Origin: Deltaproteobacteria bacterium
Lineage (GTDB): Bacteria > Myxococcota_A > UBA9160 > SMWR01
Direction: 5' to 3'
Assembly (NCBI GenBank): GCA_032128115.1
Contig: JAQBHB010000052.1
Coordinates: forward strand, 1 to 26,631
DNA length: 26,631 nucleotides
Shown here piece after piece: positions 9,052 through 17,762 of this stretch. The first letter of the stretch is position 1, and the number at the start of each line of letters is the position of its first letter. The notes below the pieces were generated by a model that did not search any database, had not been told where the DNA came from, and was given only the letters and a program-made list of their open reading frames with translations. The position numbers and the translations under genes are program-made.

Positions 9052-10456
9052 GGAGGAGAACGAGTACACACAGACCCCGTCGGCGCTGCCGGACTTCGCC
9101 CGTGACCCGGTTGGGATCGTGATGCGGCGCTGGCGCTGGATGGTACCCGTGCTCCTCGTCGGCTTGGTTGCGACCGGGGCACTCGTAGCGACCATGAAGC
9201 CGCGCTACCGCGCCGTCGCGTCGCTCCTGATCGCCAGCCAGCGGATCCCGGAGGAATTCGTTCGTTCGACCGTTCCGGAGGACATCCTCGAGCGCATAGA
9301 CGCGCTCGTCGCGCAGGCACTCACCCGAGAGCGCATGGTCGGTCTAGTAGAGAAGTTCGAGCTCTATCCCGAGCTGCTGGACTCACATACGCTTGGCGAG
9401 GTCGCGACGATCGCCCGTGGAGACCTGAACGTAGATCTCGATCCGAGCTTGACGGAGGCAAGCCGGAGGAGGGAGACCGCTCTGGTCTTCAACGTAGCCT
9501 TCACCGCGGACTCGCCGCGCGTGGCTGCAGAGATTGCCAACGAGATCGTCGGGCTCATTCAGGCAGAAGCGATCCGTCTGCGCAGCGAGCAGGCACGGCT
9601 GACGACCAGTTTCCTGCGCCGCCAGCTGGAGGAAACCGAGGTCGAGCTGCGGGAGCAGGAGAGCAAGATCACCCAGTTCAATCGTCGCTATCGGGGTGAG
9701 CTGCCGGGCGAGCTGGATGCGAACCTTGCCAAACTCGAGCGCCTCCAGCACCAGCGGCAGTCGCTGGCCCTCCAGATCGCTGAAGCGTCCACTCGCGTGA
9801 CCATGATCTCAACCGCTTCGGGCACGGCAATCCCCGTGACCCCGGATTCTCGCTTGTTGGCGCTGCAGGCCGAGCTCGCCCGGCAGGAGGTGATCAAGAC
9901 GGAAGCCAACCCGGACATGATCGCGCTGAGGAGAGAAATCAAGAACCTCGAGGCGACGATCGCCGGCTCTCCGGGAGGCCAGGCTCGCGAAGGCGGGACG
10001 GGCACAGCCGGCGCGATGGTGGCTGCCGAGCACCGTACGCTCGATGAGCTTCGATCCCAGCTCGCCGCCACGGAGCGGGAGATCCGGGACCTGGACGCTC
10101 GAGTAGCTCGTACGCCGGTCCGCAACGAGGAGCTGGCTGCCGTGGAACAGAGGACGAGCGTCCTTCGCGAGGAATACCTGGAGTTTCTCCGCAAGGTCCA
10201 GGAGGCCGAGTTGGCGGAAAACCTGGAGCTCGCACAGCAAGGTGAGCGCGTGGTGGTGCTGAATCGGTCCGAGCCCCCGACGCGTCCCGAGCAGAATCGG
10301 CTGAAGTACCTGGCGGCTGGAATCGTCGCCTCGCTGGCGGCCGCCGCAGCAGCAGGTGTACTCCTCGAGATCGGAGACCCCGTACTCGTGGACGCTCAGC
10401 AGACCGAAAACGAGACCGGGCTTCCCGTGCTGGGATCCGTCCCCTGGATCTCCTGA
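9044..10456 (+). CDS. Polysaccharide chain-length determinant / co-polymerase (Wzz/GumC, Wzc N-terminal part)
   Basis: RRW.W plus a TM helix, Y.A...LLI..Q.IPE.FVRST, a long periplasmic coiled coil, a second TM helix and GLPVLGSVP. Confidence 0.9.
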   Translation: MVEEENEYTQTPSALPDFARDPVGIVMRRWRWMVPVLLVGLVATGALVATMKPRYRAVASLLIASQRIPEEFVRSTVPEDILERIDALVAQALTRERMVGLVEKFELYPELLDSHTLGEVATIARGDLNVDLDPSLTEASRRRETALVFNVAFTADSPRVAAEIANEIVGLIQAEAIRLRSEQARLTTSFLRRQLEETEVELREQESKITQFNRRYRGELPGELDANLAKLERLQHQRQSLALQIAEASTRVTMISTASGTAIPVTPDSRLLALQAELARQEVIKTEANPDMIALRREIKNLEATIAGSPGGQAREGGTGTAGAMVAAEHRTLDELRSQLAATEREIRDLDARVARTPVRNEELAAVEQRTSVLREEYLEFLRKVQEAELAENLELAQQGERVVVLNRSEPPTRPEQNRLKYLAAGIVASLAAAAAAGVLLEIGDPVLVDAQQTENETGLPVLGSVPWIS

Positions 10457-10538
10457 GCCCAGAAGCGTCCACCACGATTCTCGAGAAGAGATTCCGGTGC
10501 ACGACACAGCGCACGGGTCGACGGGAATGGTACGAGCC

Positions 10539-11507
10539 TCAGCCCGAAACCGATGAGTTTTCGTGGGTTTCCGAAGCCATCGGACCCAGATCCCCGATCA
10601 TGCACTTGACCGAGCCGCCGCCTTTCTTGAGGAACTCGGAGACGTCGGCGGTGAGGGGTTCGACGCCGCGGTCGCGGACCTGGTCTTTCAGGCGATCGGA
10701 CACTCCCGCGGGCATCACGAGCATGGAGTGGCTGCCCTGATTCAGGCAGAAGGAGTTGGCGGCGTAGCGCTCGGCGTCCTCGGCCGAGAGCTCGATGAGA
10801 TCTTCGCCGAAGAGTTCTGCCAGACGCGGCCAGTCTTTGGGCGCCAGCGCCGCGCGATAGGCCAGCAGGAAACGGCGGCCGGGTCCGAAGGCGCAGAGGG
10901 CCGTGTCGCCGTGGTAGTGGGATTCCAGGACCAGCTCCAAGCGCTGCACGGGCTTCGGGGCCACGATCTGCGTCAGCTGGGGCTCGAGACGCGCGTCGCT
11001 GCGGAAACCGTAAACGCGCTTCCAGGGTGGGATGCGGAGCGCCGGCACGAAACGCTGTCGCTCCAGGTGGCCGCAGGTGAATAGATACACGTCGCCTGCC
11101 GGGAAGAAGTCGGCCTCGCCCTCGAAGCGATAGCGCTCGTCGAACTCGGCGAGTTCGAAGCCGTTGGCTTCCAGCAGCCGGCGGTAGTGGACCTTCTCGC
11201 CGGCGCGGGTGGGGAGCAGGTTCGAGAGCCAGAACGTTCTGGCGACGTCGGTCTTCTCCGCGTCCACGTGGGTCTGGAAGCCGGCGTTGGCCGGGTACAC
11301 GAGTCCCGGCTGCTGCGGGTCGGGCGGCACCACCAGCACGTGCACACCGAGATCGCGCAGCCGATCGCGCAGGCCGTGCCACTGGCGGATGGCCAGGATC
11401 CGGTCCACACGGCGCCGGGTGCCCCAGCGCGTGCGGGTGTGCGGATTGGCGCCGCCCTTCACACTGAAGTGAGACGGGTCGCCCATGAGGATCCAGCGGC
11501 GACTCAC
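10539..11507 (-). CDS. Amidinotransferase-superfamily (DDAH/ArgZ-like) guanidino hydrolase; candidate N-succinylarginine dihydrolase
   Basis: LMGDP.HF.V....NP, PGLVYPANAG, FEGEAD, YHGDTA, YAAN and SEFLKKGGGSVKCM (catalytic Cys). It is coupled to astD by an overlapping stop/start. Confidence 0.85.
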   Translation of the reverse strand: MSRRWILMGDPSHFSVKGGANPHTRTRWGTRRRVDRILAIRQWHGLRDRLRDLGVHVLVVPPDPQQPGLVYPANAGFQTHVDAEKTDVARTFWLSNLLPTRAGEKVHYRRLLEANGFELAEFDERYRFEGEADFFPAGDVYLFTCGHLERQRFVPALRIPPWKRVYGFRSDARLEPQLTQIVAPKPVQRLELVLESHYHGDTALCAFGPGRRFLLAYRAALAPKDWPRLAELFGEDLIELSAEDAERYAANSFCLNQGSHSMLVMPAGVSDRLKDQVRDRGVEPLTADVSEFLKKGGGSVKCMIGDLGPMASETHENSSVSG

Positions 11508-12919
11508 GGCTCGGGCATTCCCGGCGGCAGCGACCCGGGATCGAAGGCAGATTCGTTTTCGAGATGCGACTGGGGTGTCGTGCAGTAGAGCGTGGCGGTG
11601 ATGCCCGCCGGCCGGTCGTTGCCGCTGCGTCCGCTGCCGCCGAAGGGCAATTTGCCGCTGGCGCCCACGGTGCCGCGATTCCAGTTCAGGAGCCCCGTGC
11701 GCACGCGTCCCACGGCGTGATCGAAGTGGCTGCGCGTGGCCGTGAAAACGGACGCGGCAAGTCCGTAGTCCGAGTCGTTCACCGCGGCGATGGCCTGGTC
11801 CAGATCGTCCACGGCATACAGCGCCGCCTCGGGCCCGAAGAGTTCGTCGCGCTGGTAGGCGTGGGTCTGGTCCAGGCTCGCGAAGCGCACCAGGCCGGCG
11901 CCTGCGTAGGGCGGCGGCAGGCCGGGATCGACCTGCAGCAGGCGTTCACCGCCAGCCGCTGTCGCGAATGCCCGGAAGCGCTCGAGATTTTCCCAGGCCG
12001 CCTGCGACACCAGCGGCCCCATGAAGACACCCTCTTCCAGGGGCGGGCCGATCTTCAGGCCGCGCAGCACGCCGACGAGCTTTTCGGTGAACACGTCGAT
12101 CACGCGCGAGTGGACGAAGAGTCGGCTGGCGCACGAACAGCGCTGCCCGGTGGTGGCGGCCACCGAGAGCGCCGTTTCGGCCACGGCGAGATCCAGGTCG
12201 GCGTCGGCCAGCACGACCACCGCGTTCTTTCCACCCATTTCGAGCGCGAGCAATTTTCCGGGTTGCTCCAGTGTGGCCTCGCGCAGGGAGCGGCCCACCG
12301 CATACGAGCCGGTGAAGAGCACCGCGTCCACGTCCGGGTGGGTGGCCAGGCTGCGCCCGGTTTCGGCGCCGCCGTGCACGATCTCGAGCACACCCTCCGG
12401 CAGGCCCGCGCTTCGCCACAGCTCGACCAATCGCTCGCCCACCCCGGGGCTCAGGTCGCTCGGCTTGAAGACCACGGTGTTGCCCGTGGCCAGTGCGGGC
12501 GCGATGTGTCCGTTGGGCAGATGCGCGGGGAAGTTGAAGGGCCCCAGCACCGAGAGCACGCCACGGGGATGGTAGGTAGCCCGCGCACCGGCTCCGGCCT
12601 CCAGGGGCGCCACCAGCTGCAGGCCGGCACCCAGCGTGGCGGCCACCTTCGCGGGCACCAGGGCCGCCTCGGCGCGCGCCTCCCAAAGGGCCTTGCCCAC
12701 CTCGCGGGCGATCAGGGTGGCGAGTGCGTCAGCGGCGCTGCTCGCCTCTTCCGCGAATCGGCGCAGGATTCCCGCGCGCGCTTCCAGGCCCGCGTCGCGC
12801 CACGCGGGGAAGGCGTGCCGCGCCCGAGCCACCGCCTCGTTCACGTCATGGGCGTTGGCGATCTCGAAGCGGCCGATTTCGTCGCTGGGATCCGCGGGCG
12901 AAACGCTGCGCAGACTCAA
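11504..12919 (-). CDS. astD: N-succinylglutamate 5-semialdehyde dehydrogenase
   Basis: AstD-like GPFNFPAHLPNGHIAPALATGNTVVFKPS, FTGS, LALEMGGKN, GQRCSCA (catalytic Cys) and GASGKLPFGG.G.SGN.RP. The ast gene context supports the call. Confidence 0.85.
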   Translation of the reverse strand: MSLRSVSPADPSDEIGRFEIANAHDVNEAVARARHAFPAWRDAGLEARAGILRRFAEEASSAADALATLIAREVGKALWEARAEAALVPAKVAATLGAGLQLVAPLEAGAGARATYHPRGVLSVLGPFNFPAHLPNGHIAPALATGNTVVFKPSDLSPGVGERLVELWRSAGLPEGVLEIVHGGAETGRSLATHPDVDAVLFTGSYAVGRSLREATLEQPGKLLALEMGGKNAVVVLADADLDLAVAETALSVAATTGQRCSCASRLFVHSRVIDVFTEKLVGVLRGLKIGPPLEEGVFMGPLVSQAAWENLERFRAFATAAGGERLLQVDPGLPPPYAGAGLVRFASLDQTHAYQRDELFGPEAALYAVDDLDQAIAAVNDSDYGLAASVFTATRSHFDHAVGRVRTGLLNWNRGTVGASGKLPFGGSGRSGNDRPAGITATLYCTTPQSHLENESAFDPGSLPPGMPEP

Positions 12920-12928
12920 GGATTCCCC

Positions 12929-13948
12929 TTACGGAAGCGGGGTCACGAGCACTTCGTCACCGGCTGTGACGCCCAGCGCCTCGCGACACTCCTTGGACAC
13001 CGCGGGCGAGTCGTCGTCGTCGAGCGGCACCACGGTGGAGCGGAAGCCGAACTGCCCCTCCGACGACAGCAGGGCCAGGGTGTCGTCGGATGCCTGGGCG
13101 CCCGCGAAGGGCAGCCCCGGCAGCACCAACCGCCGACGTTCGCGCACGCTGGCGATGGCGTCGCGCGCGGCGCCGTAGTAGGGCCCGCCGTCGAAGGGGT
13201 CCACCTGGTGCAGGTAGCGAAAGCCCACCTTCTCCAGGATCGCCGTGGCCGCGGCCGCCTGGGTCTTGCCGATCACCGCCTGGACCGATTCGGGGAACAG
13301 GTTGGTATAGACCGGGTCGCGGGGGAAGAGATCGGCGATGAACTGCTTGTTGTGGGCCGACAGACGGTCGGCTTCGGAGTACGACATGTGGGTGAAGCGA
13401 GCGCCGTAGGCGTTCCAGAGCAGATTCTCGCCGGATTCCTCGAAGGGCGAGAGCATCTCGGCCGTTACCTCGCGCTCGAACAGGTCCGGGTGCATGGAGA
13501 TGAACGCGAAGCGCACGATCGAGAGCGCCTTGCCGCACTTCTCCGGGTGGTGGCGGTAGTCCGGGTCCAGGATCAGGCCGCCGATCTCGGTGGGACCGTC
13601 TTCGGTGGACCGGAGCTTGAGCTTGGTGTGGACGAAGCGGCGGTCGAGCTCGACGCTGCGGCGCTCCTCGCTCGTGACCTCCAGCCAGTAATAGGGCGCG
13701 CCCGGATTGCCGAGTTTTGCCAGGATGCTCGACGTGCCGATGCAGCGACCCTGGTCGGTGTCTTCCAGCACGAAGACATAGATTCCCAGGCGCCAATCGT
13801 CCAGGTCACCCGCGAACGACCGGAGCGAGGCCTGCAGGCGCCTCTCCAGGAAGTCGCGGTCGCTGGGAAGATTCAGGGAGTCGAGTTGCCGCGCCAGGTC
13901 GACGAGTGCGTCCAGGTCGCCCTCGGCGATCGGCCGCAGGATCAGCAC
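12929..13948 (-). CDS. astA: Arginine N-succinyltransferase
   Basis: GTG start at 13948 (LILRPI...DLDAL..LA....NLP.D...L). Motifs Y.FVLED, DGPTEIGGL.L.P.YR, LS..RF.FI, P.Y..L.P...Q.VIG and VDPFDGGP. Confidence 0.9.
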   Translation of the reverse strand: MLILRPIAEGDLDALVDLARQLDSLNLPSDRDFLERRLQASLRSFAGDLDDWRLGIYVFVLEDTDQGRCIGTSSILAKLGNPGAPYYWLEVTSEERRSVELDRRFVHTKLKLRSTEDGPTEIGGLILDPDYRHHPEKCGKALSIVRFAFISMHPDLFEREVTAEMLSPFEESGENLLWNAYGARFTHMSYSEADRLSAHNKQFIADLFPRDPVYTNLFPESVQAVIGKTQAAAATAILEKVGFRYLHQVDPFDGGPYYGAARDAIASVRERRRLVLPGLPFAGAQASDDTLALLSSEGQFGFRSTVVPLDDDDSPAVSKECREALGVTAGDEVLVTPLP

Positions 13949-15324
13949 GGCAGCTCCAGTTCGTCGGCCACCCGCCGCAGCGCCTTCTCGATCACCGTGA
14001 AGCCGGCCTCGATCTCCTCGTCTGTGATGTTCACGGGCAGCAGCAGGCGGATCTTGGTGGGGCTCTCGCCGGCGGAGAACAGCAGAATGCCCTCCTGGTA
14101 GGCGCTGCGCAGCACGGCGCGGACGACCTCCGGGGAGCCGTCGAACGGCGTGAAGGCGAACATGGCGCCCACGCCCGACCCGGCGTGCGCGGCCCGCGGC
14201 ATGCGCTTGCACAGGATCTCGAAGCGGCGCTCTACGCGCCGCCCGAGCAGGGCAATGCGCCCATCCGGGCCGAGGAAGCCCTCGCTCTCCAGGCGCTCGA
14301 TGATGCGCGCTCCCACCGCCATGCCCACGCTGGATCCCGCATAGGTTCCGGCGATGAGTCCGGGCTTCGGGTTGTAGGGGTGCGCGAACAGCACGGCGCT
14401 GCCCTGCAGCATCTTGCCCACCGTCACCACGTCCACGTACTCGGCCAGGTCCAGAGTCTGGAAGGCGTAGAGCTCACCCGTGCGGGCAAAGGTCTGCACC
14501 TCGTCTACCCACACCGCCAGCTTCGCTTCGCGGCAGCGCTCCATCAAGGTGGCGAAGAAGGCCCGGGGCGCCGTGCGCACGCCCCCTTCGCCCTGGATCA
14601 GCTCGAAGAGCATGCCTGCGATGCGCCCCTCGTAGCGGTTCAGGTGGTCGTCCAGGGCTTCCAGGGCGGCGGCCGTGGAGGCCTCCGGATCGCCCGGGTC
14701 GTAGAAGGGCACGTACAGTGCGCGGCCCGCAAGCGGCAGGCCCTCGCGGAAGCCCGGCTTGTCGCTGAGCTCGGCCATGGCCAGGGTGCGGCCGGCGAAG
14801 CCCCGCTCGAAGACCACGACCCGGTCCGCGGGCTGGTGTTTCTGGAAGATCAGCTTGAGGGCGTTCTCGTTGGCCATGGCGCCCGAGACCGACAGCCAGG
14901 TGTGCTTCAGCCTCGGGCCGGCGTGCTTGAGGAGCGCTCGGGAGAGGTTCAGGTACTCGGGCCCCGGCATCAGGTGGCCCTGGAAGACCGTGTCGCGAGC
15001 CGCCGCGGTTACCGCCGTCTCCAGCAGGTCCGGGTCGCTGTGGCCGAAGCCGTAGACGCCGATCCCGCCGATGAAGTCGAGCTTCCAGGTGCCGTCCGCC
15101 AGCTGCACCCGGGCGCCTCGACCGGCTCCAGCGATCAGCATCGGGAAGGGCAGGGGGCGGCCCCGCAGGCGCCCCAGCTGCTTCACGGCGCGTTCGTAGG
15201 CACTCGGTGCCAGACCGCGCTCCTCCATTTCGGAGGCGACCGCGTCGATCAGTGCGCGAGCCGCCTCGCGCACCCGGGGCGCGTCCAGGAGGTTCTCGAG
15301 GGCGCTTTTTCGCGTTCGGGCCAT
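13942..15324 (-). CDS. astC: Class III PLP-dependent aminotransferase (AstC/ArgD-like succinylornithine aminotransferase)
   Basis: LDF.GGI....GH, SGA.ANENALK, F.GRT, ELIQGEGG, DEVQT..RTG, PLP Lys in TVGK and GTY.G. It is the first gene of an astC-A-D run; the substrate is inferred from context. Confidence 0.75.
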   Translation of the reverse strand: MARTRKSALENLLDAPRVREAARALIDAVASEMEERGLAPSAYERAVKQLGRLRGRPLPFPMLIAGAGRGARVQLADGTWKLDFIGGIGVYGFGHSDPDLLETAVTAAARDTVFQGHLMPGPEYLNLSRALLKHAGPRLKHTWLSVSGAMANENALKLIFQKHQPADRVVVFERGFAGRTLAMAELSDKPGFREGLPLAGRALYVPFYDPGDPEASTAAALEALDDHLNRYEGRIAGMLFELIQGEGGVRTAPRAFFATLMERCREAKLAVWVDEVQTFARTGELYAFQTLDLAEYVDVVTVGKMLQGSAVLFAHPYNPKPGLIAGTYAGSSVGMAVGARIIERLESEGFLGPDGRIALLGRRVERRFEILCKRMPRAAHAGSGVGAMFAFTPFDGSPEVVRAVLRSAYQEGILLFSAGESPTKIRLLLPVNITDEEIEAGFTVIEKALRRVADELELPC

Positions 15325-15469
15325 GGTCACATCGTATCGGCCCTGCAGTCGCTAGGCTTGCGCTCAAGTTCGCAAACGTCTGTGACGACGCATCATTGAC
15401 CGCCTTCGATGCACAAGAGAGCGCGGTGTAGAAGTTCGCGAGATCGCGGGATCGAGAACAGGGAGCGAC

Positions 15470-16336
15470 TTGCCGGCGAGGAAGGCCCCGAAGGTCCGAG
15501 CGAAGAAGCGGCCCGTGACGGCACGCCGCCAGCGGCGCGAGGCGGCCCGGGCTCGAGCGGCCCACCACCTGACGACGCCCCACCTGTGCCTGCTCAAGGC
15601 CCCAAGCACCTCGGCGCGCACGGGCCTCATGGACAGCGAGTTCACGGTGGCCACCTACAACGTGCACCGCTGGACGGGTCTCAACGGTCGCAGCAAGCCC
15701 GACCCGGCGCGGGCCGGCTTCGTGATCTCCGAGCTCGACGCCGACGTGATCGCCCTGCAGGAGGTACTGCGCCCCTTCAACGGCGAGGACCCGCTGGAGA
15801 TCCTGGCCGAGACCCTGCGTCTCCACATCGCGTTTGCCGTCACACGGGTGCACAAACGCGGCGAGCTTGGCAACGCCATCCTGGCGCGCTGGCCCATCGC
15901 CGGCGTCTCCATGATGGATCTTTCGTTCTCGCGCCTGGAGCGGCGGGTGGCCGTGGCCGCCCAGTTCCAGTGCGAGACGGGGATGCTCGACGTGGTGGCG
16001 ACCCACCTGGCCTTGGGCGATCGAACGCGACACCGTCAGGTGCGCTCACTCCTGGACCACCCGCAGCTGCGCGATCGCCCCACGCTGCTGATGGGCGACA
16101 TGAACGCCTGGCGCAAGTGCCCGGCGACCCGCGCCCTGGACGACGAACTCACGTCGCACCACAACCTTCGGTGGCCGCCCTCGTTCCCGTCGGCGCGGCC
16201 CGTCCTGGCCCTGGATCGCATCTACACCGAGGGCCTCGAGGTACTCGACATCACGGCCCACACCAGCCGAGCGGCTCGCCGCGCCTCCGACCACCTTCCC
16301 GTCATCGCGCGCGTGCGCCTGCGGGGCCGCGACTGA
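15470..16336 (+). CDS. Endonuclease/exonuclease/phosphatase (EEP) family protein
   Basis: ATYNVH, DVIALQEV, GNAIL, ATHL, MGDMN, LDRIY and SDHLP. It has a basic N-terminal extension; the start could alternatively be the ATG at 15629. Confidence 0.92.
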   Translation: MPARKAPKVRAKKRPVTARRQRREAARARAAHHLTTPHLCLLKAPSTSARTGLMDSEFTVATYNVHRWTGLNGRSKPDPARAGFVISELDADVIALQEVLRPFNGEDPLEILAETLRLHIAFAVTRVHKRGELGNAILARWPIAGVSMMDLSFSRLERRVAVAAQFQCETGMLDVVATHLALGDRTRHRQVRSLLDHPQLRDRPTLLMGDMNAWRKCPATRALDDELTSHHNLRWPPSFPSARPVLALDRIYTEGLEVLDITAHTSRAARRASDHLPVIARVRLRGRD

Positions 16337-16342
16337 GCCGTC

Positions 16343-16626
16343 CTAGATCGTGATCCGCTTCCAGGCCGCCGGACCGGTATCGCAGGCCCAGCGCCGCTGC
16401 CGTGGCTGCTGCCGGCGCCGTCGGCCTGGGACACGAACGTCTGCACGCCGGTGGCCATGCCGAACGGCAATGAGAACAGCGTCCACAACCACACGCCGGC
16501 GAAGCCCACCGATGCCAGCTCGGTGGCGCCCAGGCGGCCCACCATGGCCGCGTCCACCACGCCCAGGGTGGGCGTGGAGATCTGGGTGAGAACGACGGGA
16601 TACGCGAGCGTGAAGACCTCGCGCAT
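16343..16626 (-). pseudogene. MATE efflux transporter pseudogene with a large internal deletion
   Basis: MATE N-terminus REV..LAYPVVLTQIS...LGVVD.AMVGRLG..ELA.VG.....QTFVSQA.GAG, then frameshifts into RYRSG/AWKRITI*, which resembles a MATE C-terminus. Confidence 0.75.
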
Positions 16627-16871
16627 GCGTCCGTGGCCCCGGTGAACAATCTGGGTTCTGTGGGATGCTCAGGTCCGGACGCGAACCTCCTGGGTCGGCA
16701 CGCGCGGAGATGCCGCCGTGTTGGCAACATCCGACGCCGCTGCGCCGACTGGATTCCTGTTCTTTCCGACAAACATCAGCTGGCTCCTCGGGCGACGCGG
16801 GTACCACGGCCCGCCGGGGGTGGCAACTCGATCGCATTGCAACGCCGACTGGGGCCGGCTAAAACCGAGCG

Positions 16872-17234
16872 ATGAAGGCCGGGTTTCGTATCGCCGCCAC
16901 GTTCGTCGTGCTCGCCGGGGTGGCCCCGGCCCTGGGCTGCAACACGTTTCAGTGGGCGCGGCTCTACCAGAGCGGCACGGCGGCGCTCGATCGGGGGGAC
17001 GCCCCCCGGGCCATCGCCGATCTGGAGCGGGCCGCCGCGTTGGCACCAGAGGCCTCGGTGGTGCAGAACCACCTGGGTCTCGCCTACCTGAAGGCGGGCC
17101 GTCGCGCCGATGCGGTCCAGAGCTTCGAGCTTGCCGTGGCGCTCGATTGCCGCAACGCTGCGGCGGGGCGCAACCTGGCCATCATCCGGGCGGTGCAGGC
17201 TTCGTCGCTTGCACCCGATGTGGAGGCACAGTGA
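16872..17234 (+). CDS. Small TPR-repeat protein, probable lipoprotein
   Basis: Signal peptide with lipobox-like ALGC. TPR pattern A..DLERA..L.P......N.LG.AY...G....A...FE.A..LD..N..A..NL. Confidence 0.8.
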   Translation: MKAGFRIAATFVVLAGVAPALGCNTFQWARLYQSGTAALDRGDAPRAIADLERAAALAPEASVVQNHLGLAYLKAGRRADAVQSFELAVALDCRNAAAGRNLAIIRAVQASSLAPDVEAQ

Positions 17235-17731
17235 GTCCGCGCGACCGCGACGACGATCGCGGCGATCGGGAACGCGAGAAGCGGAGCTGGCGCGAGATCG
17301 ACGCCATGCGCGACGGATCGCGACGCTCGGAGGATCGCGGCCCTCGCGATCGTGCGGCACGGGAGCGCGCCGACGCGGCCAGCAAGCAACACCGGAAGCA
17401 GCTGGAGGGCATGTTCTCCAGCCATCAGGGCGGTGCGGAGGGCAAGCGGCTGGCCAAGGCCATGCGCGACGCCCACGGGACCCCCGGCCTCGCCGACGCC
17501 TGCCGCGAGTACCGGGATTCCGTTGGGCCGCCCTCCGACGTGTCCCACATCCGCTTCTTCCTGGATTGCGGCGACCGGGATCTGATCCTCGCCGGGCTCA
17601 CGGCCCTGCGGGCCGTGTTGGCGGCCGAATCGATCGCGTTGCCAGCGGGCCTCCGCAGCCAGCTGAGGATCCTCGCCGAGGATCGGGATAACGACGTGGC
17701 CGATCTGGCCGAAGAGATCCTGGAGGATTGA
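17231..17731 (+). CDS. Hypothetical protein (charged N-terminus REKRSWREID; helical C-terminus)
   Basis: GTG start overlaps the TPR stop (GTGA). High GC3 coding pattern. No motif recognised. Confidence 0.7.
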   Translation: MSPRDRDDDRGDREREKRSWREIDAMRDGSRRSEDRGPRDRAARERADAASKQHRKQLEGMFSSHQGGAEGKRLAKAMRDAHGTPGLADACREYRDSVGPPSDVSHIRFFLDCGDRDLILAGLTALRAVLAAESIALPAGLRSQLRILAEDRDNDVADLAEEILED

Positions 17732-17762
17732 TCGGGTCCCTGGGCTCGATTACCGTCGGGGC

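Noticed and set aside
11564..14101. 845-aa plus-strand ORF
   Set aside because: It is the antisense shadow of astD/astA. It has no motifs, and long antisense ORFs are expected at high GC3.
13717..16033. 560-aa (+) and 519-aa (-) ORFs over astC/EEP
   Set aside because: They are off-frame or antisense to motif-supported genes, with low-complexity Arg/Gly/Pro/Ala composition.
15470..16336. EEP protein as a defence or retroelement nuclease
   Set aside because: It is a stand-alone, common EEP-type protein with no RT or defence partners nearby.
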